DNA from: Eledone cirrhosa
Lineage: Eukaryota
Direction of reading: 5' to 3'
Assembly: GCA_964016885.1 (NCBI GenBank)
Contig: OZ024755.1
Span: 21,204,001 to 21,268,000, forward strand
DNA length: 64,000 nucleotides
Numbering within the stretch: position 1 is the stretch's first letter; every line of letters starts with the position of its first letter. A program made the position numbers and the translations under genes. Below, piece by piece: positions 13,313 through 26,195 of the stretch. The notes under the pieces were generated by a model. That model saw only the letters and a list, made by a program, of their open reading frames with translations. It made no database searches and was not told the origin of the DNA.

Positions 13313-13689
13313 CAAGTTCAAGAAAAATACAAAACATATATACATATAAACGTATAGTTATAGATATACAATACATTTTCCACATGTAACACCACATTTT
13401 GTAAAGTTCTGGTATATTACTGGTACCAATTTGATGACTATTGAAGGAATTTGAACTATGAAACATTGGACATTGAAATACTCTGGTCTATAAAGTATAA
13501 AGTTTATCTCTATACCTCAAGAACTCAATGAAGGTACACGACTAAATGGTAAAGGTGTTGGACTCCTTTATAAGATTTGATTCTTGGACCAGGCAGCACA
13601 GTGAGTCATTGAGCAAGATGCTGTAAAGCCAAATGGTTAAGAAGTTTGCTTTGCAATCATTAGCTCTTAGGTTCAATCCCACTGTGAAG

Positions 13690-13915
13690 CTTCTTGGTCA
13701 AGTGCCATTCACGATAGCCTTGAGTTGGCCCAAGCCCGGTCATCTTGGTCAAGTGTCATTTACAATAGCCTCGGGTTGACCCAAGTGTCATTTATATCCT
13801 TGGGTTGACCCAAGCTTGGTCATCTTGGGCAAGTGTCATTGGCCACAGCCTTGGGTTGATCCAAGCTTGGACATCTTGGTCAAGTGTCATTTACCATAGC
13901 CATGAGTTAACCCAT
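13690..13915. repeat. About 50-bp tandem amplification of a SINE core segment
   Basis: CTTGGTCAAGTGTCATT...AGCCTTGGGTTGACCCAAG repeated 4-5 times after a tRNA-like head. Confidence 0.7.
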
Positions 13916-14318
13916 ATATTGCATTGAGTAAATGTATGGCAGTGGTTATATTTATGGGTATAAATGTGTGTGTGTGTATATATATATATATTCATTAGTT
14001 AAGCAAAACAAGACCACAGATTTCACAAGGAAGACATTATTAAAAGATTGTCAACATATTTTAGTTTGATGTAAGGAATGTAGAGAATAATAATAATAAT
14101 ATTAATAATAATAATGTCCGTTTACAATTGTTTCGCTACTACATATAATATTTCTGGATCAAATGATTATATATCATTATTGATCTGGTTCAGTTGAAAA
14201 TAATTAACATAGGTAGAAATAGAGCAGCTCATCGGAACTTCAAAAGGAATATAAATTAAAATAAGGAAAGAATGTGACATAAATGTAATGTTCCATATGA
14301 GTACACACATATATACCC

Positions 14319-14351
<33 letters not shown>

Positions 14352-14477
14352 CATACACACACATATGGGTATATATGTGTGTACTCATATGGATATGTTT
14401 GTGAATGGGTATATATATATATAAGTTTATATGTGTATAATGTATCTCTTAAATGTTTGTGTGTTTTTTAATATACA

Positions 14478-15075
14478 CTAGCAGAATGGCCCGACGTTGC
14501 TCGGGATTTGCTCTAGGGTTCTTATATATTTGATATATATTTATCCTTGTCTAGCCTCGTGAAATAAATATGTTTGTTTATATTTTGTTATTGTGTATGC
14601 AAAAATATCTGTACACGAATATATAATTATATATTAAAATAACAGATTAAAGTTTAAGCAACGAATCGCTGCTTTCACCCTTAACAGGATCTTCTGAAAC
14701 TAAAAAAATCAATCTGTGAACGCAGAAGTAAATATTTTGAAAAACGTTACACACTATATATATACACACACTATATATACATATATACACACACACACAC
14801 AGTGTCATAATGTCGTAAGGCAGACATACAGACAGATATTATAAGGGCGCAACGTTATATCTATGTATCTATCTAAAAAGAAAGACTAAGAATTATAGAG
14901 AGAGATCACTAAATCGCCTAATGCAGTCCCTAGGGCATTGAAAATTTGAAATATTTTTTTCTCAAAACACTCACAGGACCATAAGTATTACATGTGTAAA
15001 GTTTGAAAACAATCGGTTGGGTGGTTCTCGAGTTTTAGGGAGTCAGACAGACATTCTCTGTTTTAGATATATAGA
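14478..15075 (-). mobile_element. Non-autonomous Helitron
   Basis: On the minus strand begins TC and ends CTAG, inserted between A and T, with subterminal hairpin CCCGA-CGTTGC-TCGGG (14490-14505); no TSD. Confidence 0.75.
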
Positions 15076-15781
15076 TAATGTGCTTTAACAGAAAACACTC
15101 ATTTCATACATAGTGTGTGTCTGTACACTCGTCTTTGTTTATTTGTGTGTGTGAGTATGTAAGTTGGAAAATGTCCCTTAAAACCCACCAGTTCTTTTCA
15201 TGTTGTCTGTGAAGGTAAATTGGCAGAACCGTTAGAATGTCAGATAGAATACTGTACAGGTATTTGTTCTGGCACTCAGAATTCCAAGTTAAAATCTTGC
15301 TGAGGTTAACTTTGCCTTTAATCCTTTGAGGCCCCTAAATAAACTATCCTATCAGTCCAGTATCGGGGGTCGATTCTTCCTCTTAATCTCTTTCACACTT
15401 TCTCTCTCATTTTCCCTTTTTCTTGAGAAAAAGTCGGTGATGTTCAGACTTTTATAGGGATGGGCTCTGCCATGTTTAAGTGTCTAAGACATCCTGTGTC
15501 ATGATGTCTGTTATGGTTAATTCCAGTCTAGGAAATTCCATTTCTTTCTAAATCATTGGCTAAGTTAAAGACAAGAAGAAGACATAACTAAAATCTAGGA
15601 GGTCTAATAGATCTAATTAGAAATGGAAACCAAGTGAAAAGAGTTTACTGCAAGTTCCATGCAAACCCAAACACACTCACACGCAAACATAGACCCATAC
15701 ACTCAGACACACACATTCTGATAAGCAAATGAAATATTAACAAAAGATAATATTTCAAAGTGTCATACCAATAGCATAGTG

Positions 15782-16012
15782 AAGGCACATGGCCTAGTGG
15801 TTAGGGTCTTGAACTCGTGATCATATAGTTGTGGGTTTGGTTCCAGTACCAAGTGGTGCGTTGTGTTCTTGAGCAAGACACTTCATTTCACATTGCTTTG
15901 CATGATAGGACTGGGACCCCTATCATTAAAACACTCAAGAAAACCTCCTATGAGATACAAAGTCATAGGAAACCAGCTAAACCTGTATAGGTGTGAGCTG
16001 TAAATTTCATTT
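15782..16012 (+). mobile_element. tRNA-derived SINE, family 2 (CORE/V-like TTGAGCAAGACACTT)
   Basis: TGGCCTAGTGGTTAGG A-box head; copies at 19335, 37030, 47318, 50590, 55083, 62377. Confidence 0.7.
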
Positions 16013-16541
16013 CAAATTTGTTCATACTAATAGCAGACAATGCCATCAATTTGATAACAATAGATTCTAAATGCTTATTTATATATTAAGTTATATATTT
16101 TGGATGTTGAAATATAATTTACTGATTTGCAGTCTCCTTAAGTATTGATAAATAATGACAGCAGCTTACTCCACTTTATTTTTTATGATTTGTTCAAATT
16201 ATATTTTTCCATATGGTGGAGTTTCGTTAAGCTGGTAATAATTCCAGTACGGTAAAAAAAAATTTTTTAAAAGTGTCCTAAATTCTTGCTTGTACCTTCA
16301 GTATTTTGATGACAAGGAGTAACAAAGGTTGACAAAATTGGCCAGTGCTTCTTTTTTTTTATTTTTTATTTTTATTTTTGGTCATACTCAGAAAATAAAA
16401 TAGATTAATAAACAAAGAAAAATAGAATAAAAAATAAAAATAAAATACAAAGAAAACAAAACATTCTCTCAACTTGATTTTCTGAAAAAGTGTCCTCTTA
16501 AATCTTATGAAATTACGAAAATGCATAAAAAAAAACAATAA

Positions 16542-16881
16542 CCCTTTAGCATTTAAATTGGCCATATCTGGCCAGAATTCTTTCACTTCTTTCTGTTCAA
16601 ACTGGCTATATCCAGCTGGAATTCTCTCACCTCTTTCTATTCAAACTGGCTGTATCCAGCCAGAATTCTCTCACTTCTTTCTGTTAAAACTGGCCATATC
16701 CAGCCAGAATTCTCTCACCTCTTTCTGTTGAAACCAGCCGTAACTGGCCACTCATACTGATATTAAAGTATTGTTCTCAAAATAAATATTATCGAAATCT
16801 CGTAGATTTGATATTATGTGAGATAAAGCCTTTACTGAAAAAATATAATAGTATATATAGACGAATGTGAATGCTAAAGGG
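16542..16881 (+). mobile_element. TTAA-type MITE copy with internal about 47-bp tandem amplification
   Basis: CCCTTTAGCATT...AATGCTAAAGGG|TTAA; internal GGCCATATCCAGCCAGAATTCTCTCAC repeated 4 times. Confidence 0.75.
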
Positions 16882-18434
16882 TTAAATCCCCTTCTCCCTT
16901 TTCTAAGAAAGAAGAAGAAAAATAAGACAACAAAATAATGTCTTCTTTTTGAAATGATAAAAGAAAAAAAATTAAATTAAAAAATAGACAAAGTCAAACT
17001 GACAAAGCTTTTAATTAGCTAAATTATTTGTGTCTGAAATGATATTCAGAGAAAATTAGTTGATGGAATAATTGGAGAATTTCCTCTCCACCCACCCACC
17101 TTGAAAACGAAGACAAGGAAATACTTCCTGAGGTGAATTCTCATAGTTTTTTTTCTGTCTGCTCTTATCAAGAATGTCTTTGCAGCAGCATGATATGTAA
17201 CTCTGCTATAAAATAAAATAAAAAAAACAACAGCAAATCACGTTGATTTTTTTTAAAAAAAATTAAGAAAAGAATACTTTTTTTTTTTACTTTCAAGTTT
17301 TTGTCTTTCAATCTCATGATTTTTAATTTTCTCTCTGCTGATGTTTATTTATTTTTTTTATTTTAGCAAGTAACTTGCTCAGGTAATTAAAAAAAATATG
17401 TGTTGACTGAAGAAAAAAATTAAGAAAATAAAGGATGAAGAAAAATAAAGTTTCCCCTCACCCCTCCACACCAACCCTCACCCCACAACCCTCAGATATA
17501 TGTATGGAAAAAAAAGAGGAGGCAGAAATTATTTTTGTGTCAAATTTTTGTAGAAGTTGTAAAAATTAAAGTTGTTGAGAAACAAAAAAAACAAACATTT
17601 TTTTGTAGCTTTTATTTAACACTATCATCATTGTCATAACCACCACCATCATCATCATCATCATCATCATTTTATGTCTGCTTTCCATACTGGCATGAGT
17701 TGGACAGTATGTCACAGGCCGAGACTAGATGATTTGCAGAATCACATCTTGCTCATACATTCCATATTTTGACTGAGTTTCTACAGATGGATGCCCTTTT
17801 TAATGCCAACCATTGCCAACAGAGTGTACTGGGCGTAGTTTATCGTGGAACAAGCACTATCACCTTATAGTGTATAATGATCCATTTGGTTTTCGTACTA
17901 GTAATAACATTTTACAGAGTGTAATAGGTGTATTTTATTGTGGCACCGGCACTACCACTTTACAGGGTGTAATGGGTGCATTTTATTGTGGCACCTGCAC
18001 TACCACTTTACAGGGTGTAATGAGTGCATTTTATTGGGGCACCTGCACTACCACATATATATGTGTGTGTGTGTGTGTGTGCGCCTGCTTGTGAAATTAA
18101 CATGTTCATCTTTAAAATAGATCTCAGGGAGATTCAGCATGTCAGAAAGTGTTACAAGGTTGAATTGCAGACACAGCTCGTATTTGCCAGCTGATTATAC
18201 TGACTGAAACAACTTAAAATAAAGTGTCTTGCTCAAGGACACAACACGACCCAAATCAGGAATCGAAATCACCACTTTACAAGCCCAAACTACTATACCA
18301 CATGCTGATATGCACTTACACACATACACACATATATAGGTACATTACATTACATAGTAACAAGGCTTGCCACTTAGCCATTAAATGAATATTTAAAATC
18401 TACTTCGGTATTGACTACCTTTTCTCACATTCGT

Positions 18435-18477
<43 letters not shown>

Positions 18478-18479
18478 CC

Positions 18480-19065
18480 TCATCATCATCATCATCCAGT
18501 TTTTGATTATGCAGGACACAGCAGGGGTGTATCCTGCCTGACAGGGCTCCTTAGTGTCCTGCTCTGTGTTTCTATCCGCCTGTCTCACTTTAGCCAGGCC
18601 AAGCCTAGCTTGTTCCCAATGGACATCCTCCATTGAAGTCCTTTTTGGTCTTCCTGGGCCTCTACTGCCTCTTGGATAGACATTCATCACTTTGCTGATC
18701 CAGCCTTCACTGCACTCAACATGGCCATGCCAACACCTGCATCTCATGTGAAGCACATCCTTGAGGTCGTCGATCGGCAGTCTTTTCAGAAGCTCAATTG
18801 AGCTGACATCATCCTCAGTAGTCACACCATACATCCAGCGGATCATAGCTCTGTCATTTCTTCTGAGCCGATTCAGACAGTCGGACAACATGGCCCAGGT
18901 CTCGCTGGCATGGAGCAACACACTTCTCACACAGCCATTGTAAATCCACCCCTTGGCGACTAATGGCAGACAGCGTGTCTCGAGGAATGGGAGAAGCTGC
19001 CTAAACTTGTTCCATGCGGAGTTGCACCATGCGATGGCAGCGAGCTCAGCTGACCTATCACCCAT
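18480..19065 (-). mobile_element. RTE-clade LINE 3' fragment (degenerate)
   Basis: ORF motifs RSVLLHASETWAM, LRRNDRAMIRWMYGV, WHGHVE, RGPGRPKRT; (GAT)n tail. Confidence 0.85.
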
Positions 19066-19277
19066 GTGTGTGTATGTATATTATTATTATTATGATAGAA
19101 ATGACTTCTGCAGCTCTAGAACTGTTTCAAATGTCCTGCAGAAGTCATTTCTATAATGAAATAAATATACCTATACTCTACTAACGTATTAAGTACCTTT
19201 TTTTAACTGTGGTCACCTCCTGATATACATCTAGAATCCACCAATAAATGATATATATATGTGGATTTCCGACCGAA

Positions 19278-19334
<57 letters not shown>

Positions 19335-19336
<2 letters not shown>

Positions 19337-19640
19337 GCACATGTCTTAGTGGTTAGAGCATTGGCCTTGCAATCGAAAGGTTGTGAGTTCAATTCTCAGA
19401 CCGGGTGATGTGTTGTTTCCTTGAGCAAGACACTTTATTTCACATTGGTCCAGTTTACTCAGCTGTAGAAATGAGATGATAGGGACTGGGGTCCCTATCA
19501 TTCCACGGCAAAAAAGCACCCAGCACTCACTGTAAATGAGGTTGGTGTTAGGAAGGGCATCCAGCTGTAGAAATGAAGCCAAAATCAGTTCCCGTCCCAC
19601 CCTTGCAAGCAGGGAAAAAGCAGACGTAAAATGAAATACA
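19335..19640 (+). mobile_element. SINE family 2 composite copy
   Basis: Near identical to 55083-55420; tRNA head with GAGTTCAATTC B-box. Confidence 0.8.
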
Positions 19641-20914
19641 ATGTAAATAATAATCAAAGAGTGTTTGAAAGATTAAACACTCTTTGATTATTATTTACAT
19701 GGTATATGCATATATATATATGAATAAAAAATATGGGCACACAGGAAAATGAACGAATACATCAGTCAACCACTAGAGATACATTGTTTCAGGCTCTAAG
19801 ATCGATACAGCTGGCTCGAGACAGACACAACGAGTAGAGAGTAAGTGAAGAAAGACAGAAAAACGTGGAGGTGTAAGATTATATATATATAAAATAAAGC
19901 TATAGTAATTGGTAACATCTATTTTAAATTCTAATTAAACGACGTAAAATAATCAAAGATCAAAATATATTCGTTCAAAAAGACATTTTATTATTCAAGA
20001 ATCTTCATCTTAGGTACACCAACAACATTCTTGCAACTGACGCTCTGGTCCGTTTTAATTCGGACATAATTATAAACGGACACTTGGAGATCAGCCTGTG
20101 ACGTTGGATTTATTTTTAAAAATTTACACCTTCATATTATTATAGTTGAAGAGTATCGGAAAGTGTTTCCTGCTTTGGAATATCTTTCTTGTGAATTATT
20201 ATCTAGTTTGGTAAAACAGATAATTTGATAAGGATCTGATGTACTTGTATATTAGTCTAAACGAGATAACTAAAATGAACTTCCGTTTTCCGAGATGCAT
20301 TGATGTGGTTAATAACCTAAAGGAGAACGTTCTCTCACATCATCCGAGATCGTATCTTTGGGGTAGTGATGTTTAAAAACATTCTCTCACACCACCAAGG
20401 CTCACATCATTGGAGTAGAGATGTTTCTGAGTGTTCTCCCACACCATCAGGACTCGTATCATTGGGATAGCGGAGATGTGAGAACGTCAGCTATAAAAAC
20501 TTAGACATACAAACTTTAAAATCACCTCTTTCCAAACTAAGGGAGACAACCATTAATATCTTATATTAATTCAAGGGACACAATTACGTATGCGACAAAA
20601 ACCATTCCATTAATGTGGTATCACGATTTAATCAAACACTGTTATTCTTCCCAGAGCCGTCACCTGGTAGTTGAGCGTCCTAAGCTTGCTATGCAATATG
20701 CAACGCTTATCCCCCAATAAAAAGGTAAGTATTGTAAGCTTTTGGACTTAGGTTTTGACACATTTTGCTCTAATTACAGTAAGAACATTACAATATCCAC
20801 ATTACATACATATATTATATATGTATTGTGGATATTGATAGTGGAAGCTGTGTAGGGTAAACATTATATTGTATATAAACGATCTGATGAAATCAATGTT
20901 CTTCGATTACATGT

Positions 20915-22260
20915 TGTAATACAACACTTAGTCAACACATCAAATATGAGTGTAATACAACACTTAGTCGACACATCAAATATGACAGTGTAATACACAC
21001 TTAGTCACTACATCACATATGACAGTGTAATACAACACTTAGTCAGTACATCACATGTGACAGTGTAATACAACACTTAGTACATGACATATGACAGTGT
21101 AATACAACACTGAGTCAACACATCATATATGACAGTGTAATACAACACTTAGTCAGTACATCACATGTGACAGTGTAATACAACACTTAGTACATCAAAT
21201 ATGACAGTGTAATACAACACTGAGTCAACACATCATATATGACAGTGTAATACACACTTAGTCACTACATCACATATGACAGTGTAATACAATACTTAGT
21301 CACTACATCATATATGACAGTGTAATACAAACTTAGTCACTACATCACATATGACAGTGTAATACACACTTAGTCACTACATCACATATGACAGTGTAAT
21401 ACAATACTTAGTCACTACATCACATATGACAGTGTAATACACACTTAGTCACTACATCACATATGACAGTGAAATACACACTTAGTTACTACATCTCACA
21501 TGACAGTGTAATACAATACTTAGTTACTACATCATATATAACAGTGTAATACACACTTAGTCACTACATCACATATGACAGTGTAATACAATACTTAGTC
21601 ACTACATCACATATAACAGTGTAATACAATACTTAGTCACTACATCACATATAATAGTGTAATACAATACTTAGTCACTACATCACATATGACAGTGTAA
21701 TACAATACTTAGTCACTACATCACATATGACAGTGTAATACACACTTAGTCACTACATCACATATGACAATGTAATACAACATTTAGTTACTACATCACA
21801 TATGACAGTGTAATACAAACTTAGTCACTACATCACATATAACAGTGTAATACAACACTTAGTTACTACATCACATATGACAGTGTAATACAATACTTAG
21901 TCACTACATCACACATGACAGTGTAATACAACATTTAGTTACTACATCACATATGACAGTGTAATACAAACTTAGTCACTACATCACATATAACAGTGTA
22001 ATACAACACTTAGTTACTACATCACATTTGACAGTGTAATACAATACTTAGTCACTACATCACACATGACAGTGTAATACAACATTTAGTTACTACATCA
22101 CATATGACAGTGTAATACAAACTTAGTCACTACATCACATATGACAGTGTAATACACACTTAGTCACTACATCACATATGACAGTGTAATACAACATTTA
22201 GTTACTACATCACATATGACTGTAATACACAATTAGTTACTACATCATATATGAAGGTGT
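20915..22260. repeat. Minisatellite, about 38-40 bp unit GACAGTGTAATACAAyACTTAGTCACTACATCACATAT
   Basis: About 35 tandem copies, no unique spacers. Confidence 0.95.
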
Positions 22261-22319
22261 AAAACCAATATTTTGAAAGAAAATGTGTAATCATATATTT
22301 TGCATACAAATCCTGAACT

Positions 22320-22685
22320 CTTCTCTTTTTCTTCACCCCCTTATTCTTGAGAGGCTCATGGGGACAGTGTCCTAAATAACTCTTTCAAGTGGGTCCTGTC
22401 AGAAGCAACCGTCTCCAACTGATCCGGCTGGATCCCCAAGCGAGACCAGCCAAGCTCATGGATGTTATCCAACAATCTTGCTCGAAGTCTACCTCTTGGT
22501 TTCCTGCCAATTGGTTTTGCCTGTAAAATATGTCCAGTGATTCTTTCCTGAGACATTCTAACAACATGGACATATTGGATCTGTGATCTCTCAATTTGGA
22601 GAAGTAGTGGCTCTACTTAGAGTGACTCTTTGATCTCAGAGCTATGCAGTCTATTAAGTAACATTACTCCAAAGACCCTTCTGCT
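22320..22685 (-). mobile_element. RTE-clade LINE 3' fragment
   Basis: MSQERITGHILQAKPIGRKPRGRLRARLLD; homologous to 25090-25450. Confidence 0.8.
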
Positions 22686-23013
22686 AGATAATAGATTGCA
22701 GGTGGTGGATGGCGATATAGCCACCAGATGTGATGGCTAGTTGTGATACAAGTGGGCAACTGCCAGATGAATAAGCAACCCCAGACCAACAGTGGTAAAC
22801 TACTAGGGGAAATGGAGCAATGGGTAACGCCTGTACTTTCCAAGAAAACTTTCACAACCCAATGACATAGCTGTGACGAGGCAAGTAAAGGCTGCCTCTA
22901 AGAAAGCCTAGTCTTTGCGGGTTTGACAAAGTACCAGATTAGTGACTGGTGTGAATAAGACCACCGAAATTGCAACTGCAATATGCTGAGTACTCAATTT
23001 TACCTATCTCTTT

Positions 23014-23074
<61 letters not shown>

Positions 23075-23083
23075 ATATATATA

Positions 23084-23153
<70 letters not shown>

Positions 23154-23355
23154 TGTCATGACCAAAAGCATCTAGTACACACTGTAAATGTGGTTGGCTT
23201 TATGAAGGACATCAAGCCATAGAAACAAAGTCAAAATCAGTTCTGTATGCGAGCAAGACATGGTCATTTGATTTGGCTTGTCTCACAACGGGACAGCTTG
23301 TCTAATCCATGCTAGCATGGAAAATAGACGGTAAACATTGATGTTATATATATAT

Positions 23356-24355
23356 TTGCTTTTGGCAATACTCCCACGATTTCTCGGATACCTGCCAGTG
23401 TGAATATTTGGTTGGCTGTGCTGCATCCGGGGCAAAAACCACACTGTTCATCAGCTAGCTTGGATTTGACAATCTCCTTGCAAGTCTTTGCCAGACACTC
23501 AGCATAGACTTTACCAGGGAGGCTTAACACGGAGATCCCTCTTTAATCGAAACAATCTCTCTTGTCTCCTTTTTTGAAAATTGGGATTATCACTCCCGAT
23601 TGCTTAGGTGTCATTCCAGAGATCCAGGCCACCTGGCACACACAAGTCAGCCAGAGAATACCTTCTCTATTTAAGGCTTGTAACATCTCGGGCCAGATTT
23701 CATCTTCCCCGGTGGCTTTGCCACATTTGAGTTCTTTAATTGCTCTTGTGACCTCAGCCTCTGAGAGATTAGTCACCACTCCCAGTTGCACCTTGTGTAC
23801 ATCCAAAGATGCTGTAGTGATCGTGTTTAGGAGATCATCAAAGTATTCTCTCCACCTTTCAAGGATGCACCTCTCTGAAAAGAGGAGAACCCCAAATGCA
23901 TTCTTGGTAGCAGGTGTGGAGGGGGGTTTCTTATTACTAAGTTGGCAGATGGTCGGATTCCAGCTTAACGCCAAAGTCCTCCTATGTCTTAACTTAAGAT
24001 GCTTTTACTGTCTCTGCTGCAATTATTTATGCCTGCTTGTACTGCAAGTGCAACAGGGCGGACTTATTTCCATGCCTCCTTCTTTGCTTGAATAGCATCT
24101 TTGACCTCTTGATTGAACCAAGGAGTCTTCCTGCCATCCAATGCCACATCAAGCCTCTTTTCCCAAAGCATTTAACAACTGAAGCAGAAACTGTTGTGCT
24201 GAACAATCTTTACTCTGTCTCAATATCCTCAGTTTGCTCAGGGAGTTCTCTGAATTTGGATGCAATAGTATCTGCATACCTGGTCCTGACTTCCTTATCC
24301 ACTAATGTTTCCCACTTTATCCTGTAGTTTTGTGCCAGTTTTGTGAGATTCTTTA
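23356..24355 (-). mobile_element. RTE LINE, inverted 5' segment (region before and including RT N-terminus)
   Basis: ILERWREYFDDLLN, KCGKATGEDEIWPEML, IPIFKKGDKRDC, LSLPGKVYA, DEQCGF...QIFTL; frameshifted. Confidence 0.88.
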
Positions 24356-24361
24356 GCTTTA

Positions 24362-25450
24362 GGTAGTTTTTGTTTTGTCAACCTGGAGAAGGCATATAAC
24401 CGTATTCCTTGGGACCTGCTATGGAAGGCTGTGCAGGAATATGGGATTGATGGTCAGCTTCTTGCTGCCCTGATGTCTCTATATGAATGACCAAGTATTT
24501 GTGTTCAGATAAATGGTGCTAAATCGAAACCATTCAATATGGAAGTCGGAGTCTGCCAAGGGTGCATACTGTCACCTCTCCTGTTCATTATTTACATGAA
24601 CAGGATTGACATGCGTAGTCAAACTGGAAGTGGTTTCATGACTGGAAGGTGTAAAATCAGTCGATTGGAATTTTCAGATGACATCGTGTTACTTAACTTG
24701 ATGGAAGATGATCTTCGACTTGCACATGATAGGTTTGATGCCGAGTGCTGCATGGCTGGAATGAAAATCAGTGCTGCAAAAACTGAGACACTTGTCCTCT
24801 CAAGGAAGCCTGCACAGAGCACTCTGTATGTGAATGGAGTTTCACTGAAGCAGGTAGAGAAGTTTAAGTATCTTGGAGCCGTGTTCATGAGTGACGGAAG
24901 GCATGAGGCTAAATTAAGTGCAAGAATCGCAAAAGCTTCAGCATTCAGTAATCAGAAGGGAGGTAGGAGTAAAAGCCAAACTCACTAGCTACAATTCAGT
25001 TTTCATGCCAACCCTTTCCTATGGTCATGAATCTTGGGTAATGACTGAAAGAATACAATCACGAATACAAGCGGCTGAAATGGGATTCCTCTGAATGGTG
25101 TTTGGTGAAACATTACTCGATAAAGTGCGTAACTCGGCGATCAGAGAGTCACTTCGGGTAGAACTGCTACTTCTCCAAATTGAGAGATCACTGCTCCGAT
25201 ACTATAGGCCTGAGTTTAGAATGTCTCAAGAAAGAATCGCTGGACGGATTTTACGGGCAAAACCCACTGGCAGGAGACCCAGGAGTAGACCCTGAGCAAG
25301 ATTGTTGGAGAACATTCATGAGCTTGGCTGGTCATGCTTAGGGATTCAGCCCGATCAGTTAGATGGTTGCTTGTAACAGGACCCGCTGAAAAGAATGTTT
25401 GAGGACTCTGTCCTCACGACCCTCTCAGGAATAAGTGGGCGAAAAAGAAG
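24362..25450 (+). mobile_element. RTE LINE, 3' segment (RT core to end)
   Basis: CFVNLEKAYNR, GVCQGCILSPLLFIIYM, FSDDIVLL (degenerate FADD), EKFKYLG, GRRPRSRP; stops and frameshifts. Confidence 0.9.
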
Positions 25451-25479
25451 ATATATATGTTTATATAGAAAGAGATACA

Positions 25480-26195
25480 TATGAGCACGTCTCTAAAATT
25501 GTCAAGAGGGCTGAGGGTGTCTTAGCATCACTCAGCAAGACCTTTGTCTGTCAGCTGCTCTCCAGCTATCTATTTAAAGCTGTACATGGCTATGGTGCGG
25601 CCACACTTAGAATTTGCATCACCAGTCTGGAACCCCTATCTTGCTCAGAACATTGACCACCTGGAAACTGTTCAGAGACGTGCAACCAAGCGAATACCCT
25701 CCATCAGGCATTTACCATACTCTGAACGCCTTGCTTCCCTGGGCATGGATACATTGAAGCTCCGACGCCTGGCAACTGACTTGGTAAACACCCACAAAAT
25801 TGTTAACCATCTTGCCAACAACAACCCTGAGTACGTTTTTGATTTCCATGTGTCTAACACACGTGGACATGCCCACAAAGTCAGAAAACAGCACAGTTCC
25901 CATGACTTTCGGAAACATTTTTTCACGCTCAGAGTTGCTGAAGCATGGAACAAACTACCTGCATCAGTTGTTAGCTGTCGAGACACTGCATCCTTTAAAA
26001 CCTCCATGCTTCCCGAGATTCGCCAACACTACACCTAATGTTCCCCCTCCATACACATACACACATGTATATCATGACTCATACACTATTCACTTCCCTG
26101 ACATTTGTATATTATTCTATGTACTATACATACACCTTTGACGAGTTGTAGTGCACCTGAGCACTTTACACAATAATTTCATTATTATTATTATC
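25480..26195 (+). mobile_element. CR1-clade LINE 3' fragment with intact C-terminal ORF and 3' UTR
   Basis: LYMAMVRPHLEFASPVWNP, LETVQRRATKRI, TRGH, RKHFFTLRVAEAWNKLP; (ATT)n tail; 3' UTR copies at 37400-37595 and 44830-44945 on the minus strand. Confidence 0.88.

Noticed and set aside
15782-15860. tRNA-like sequence (also other SINE heads)
   Set aside because: A/B boxes continue into SINE bodies; no intact cloverleaf.
19720-19870. Minus-strand GAAAC-AAT-GTA motif resembling a hammerhead 3' half
   Set aside because: No CTGANGA or stem I partner; too degenerate to call.
20880-20920. CTGATGA followed by short AATC/GATT stem
   Set aside because: Lacks the GAAA box and stem I; not a hammerhead.
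20915-22260. CRISPR-like periodicity (also 38903-44190 and 51159-52655)
   Set aside because: Head-to-tail units without unique spacers, no cas genes, eukaryotic context.
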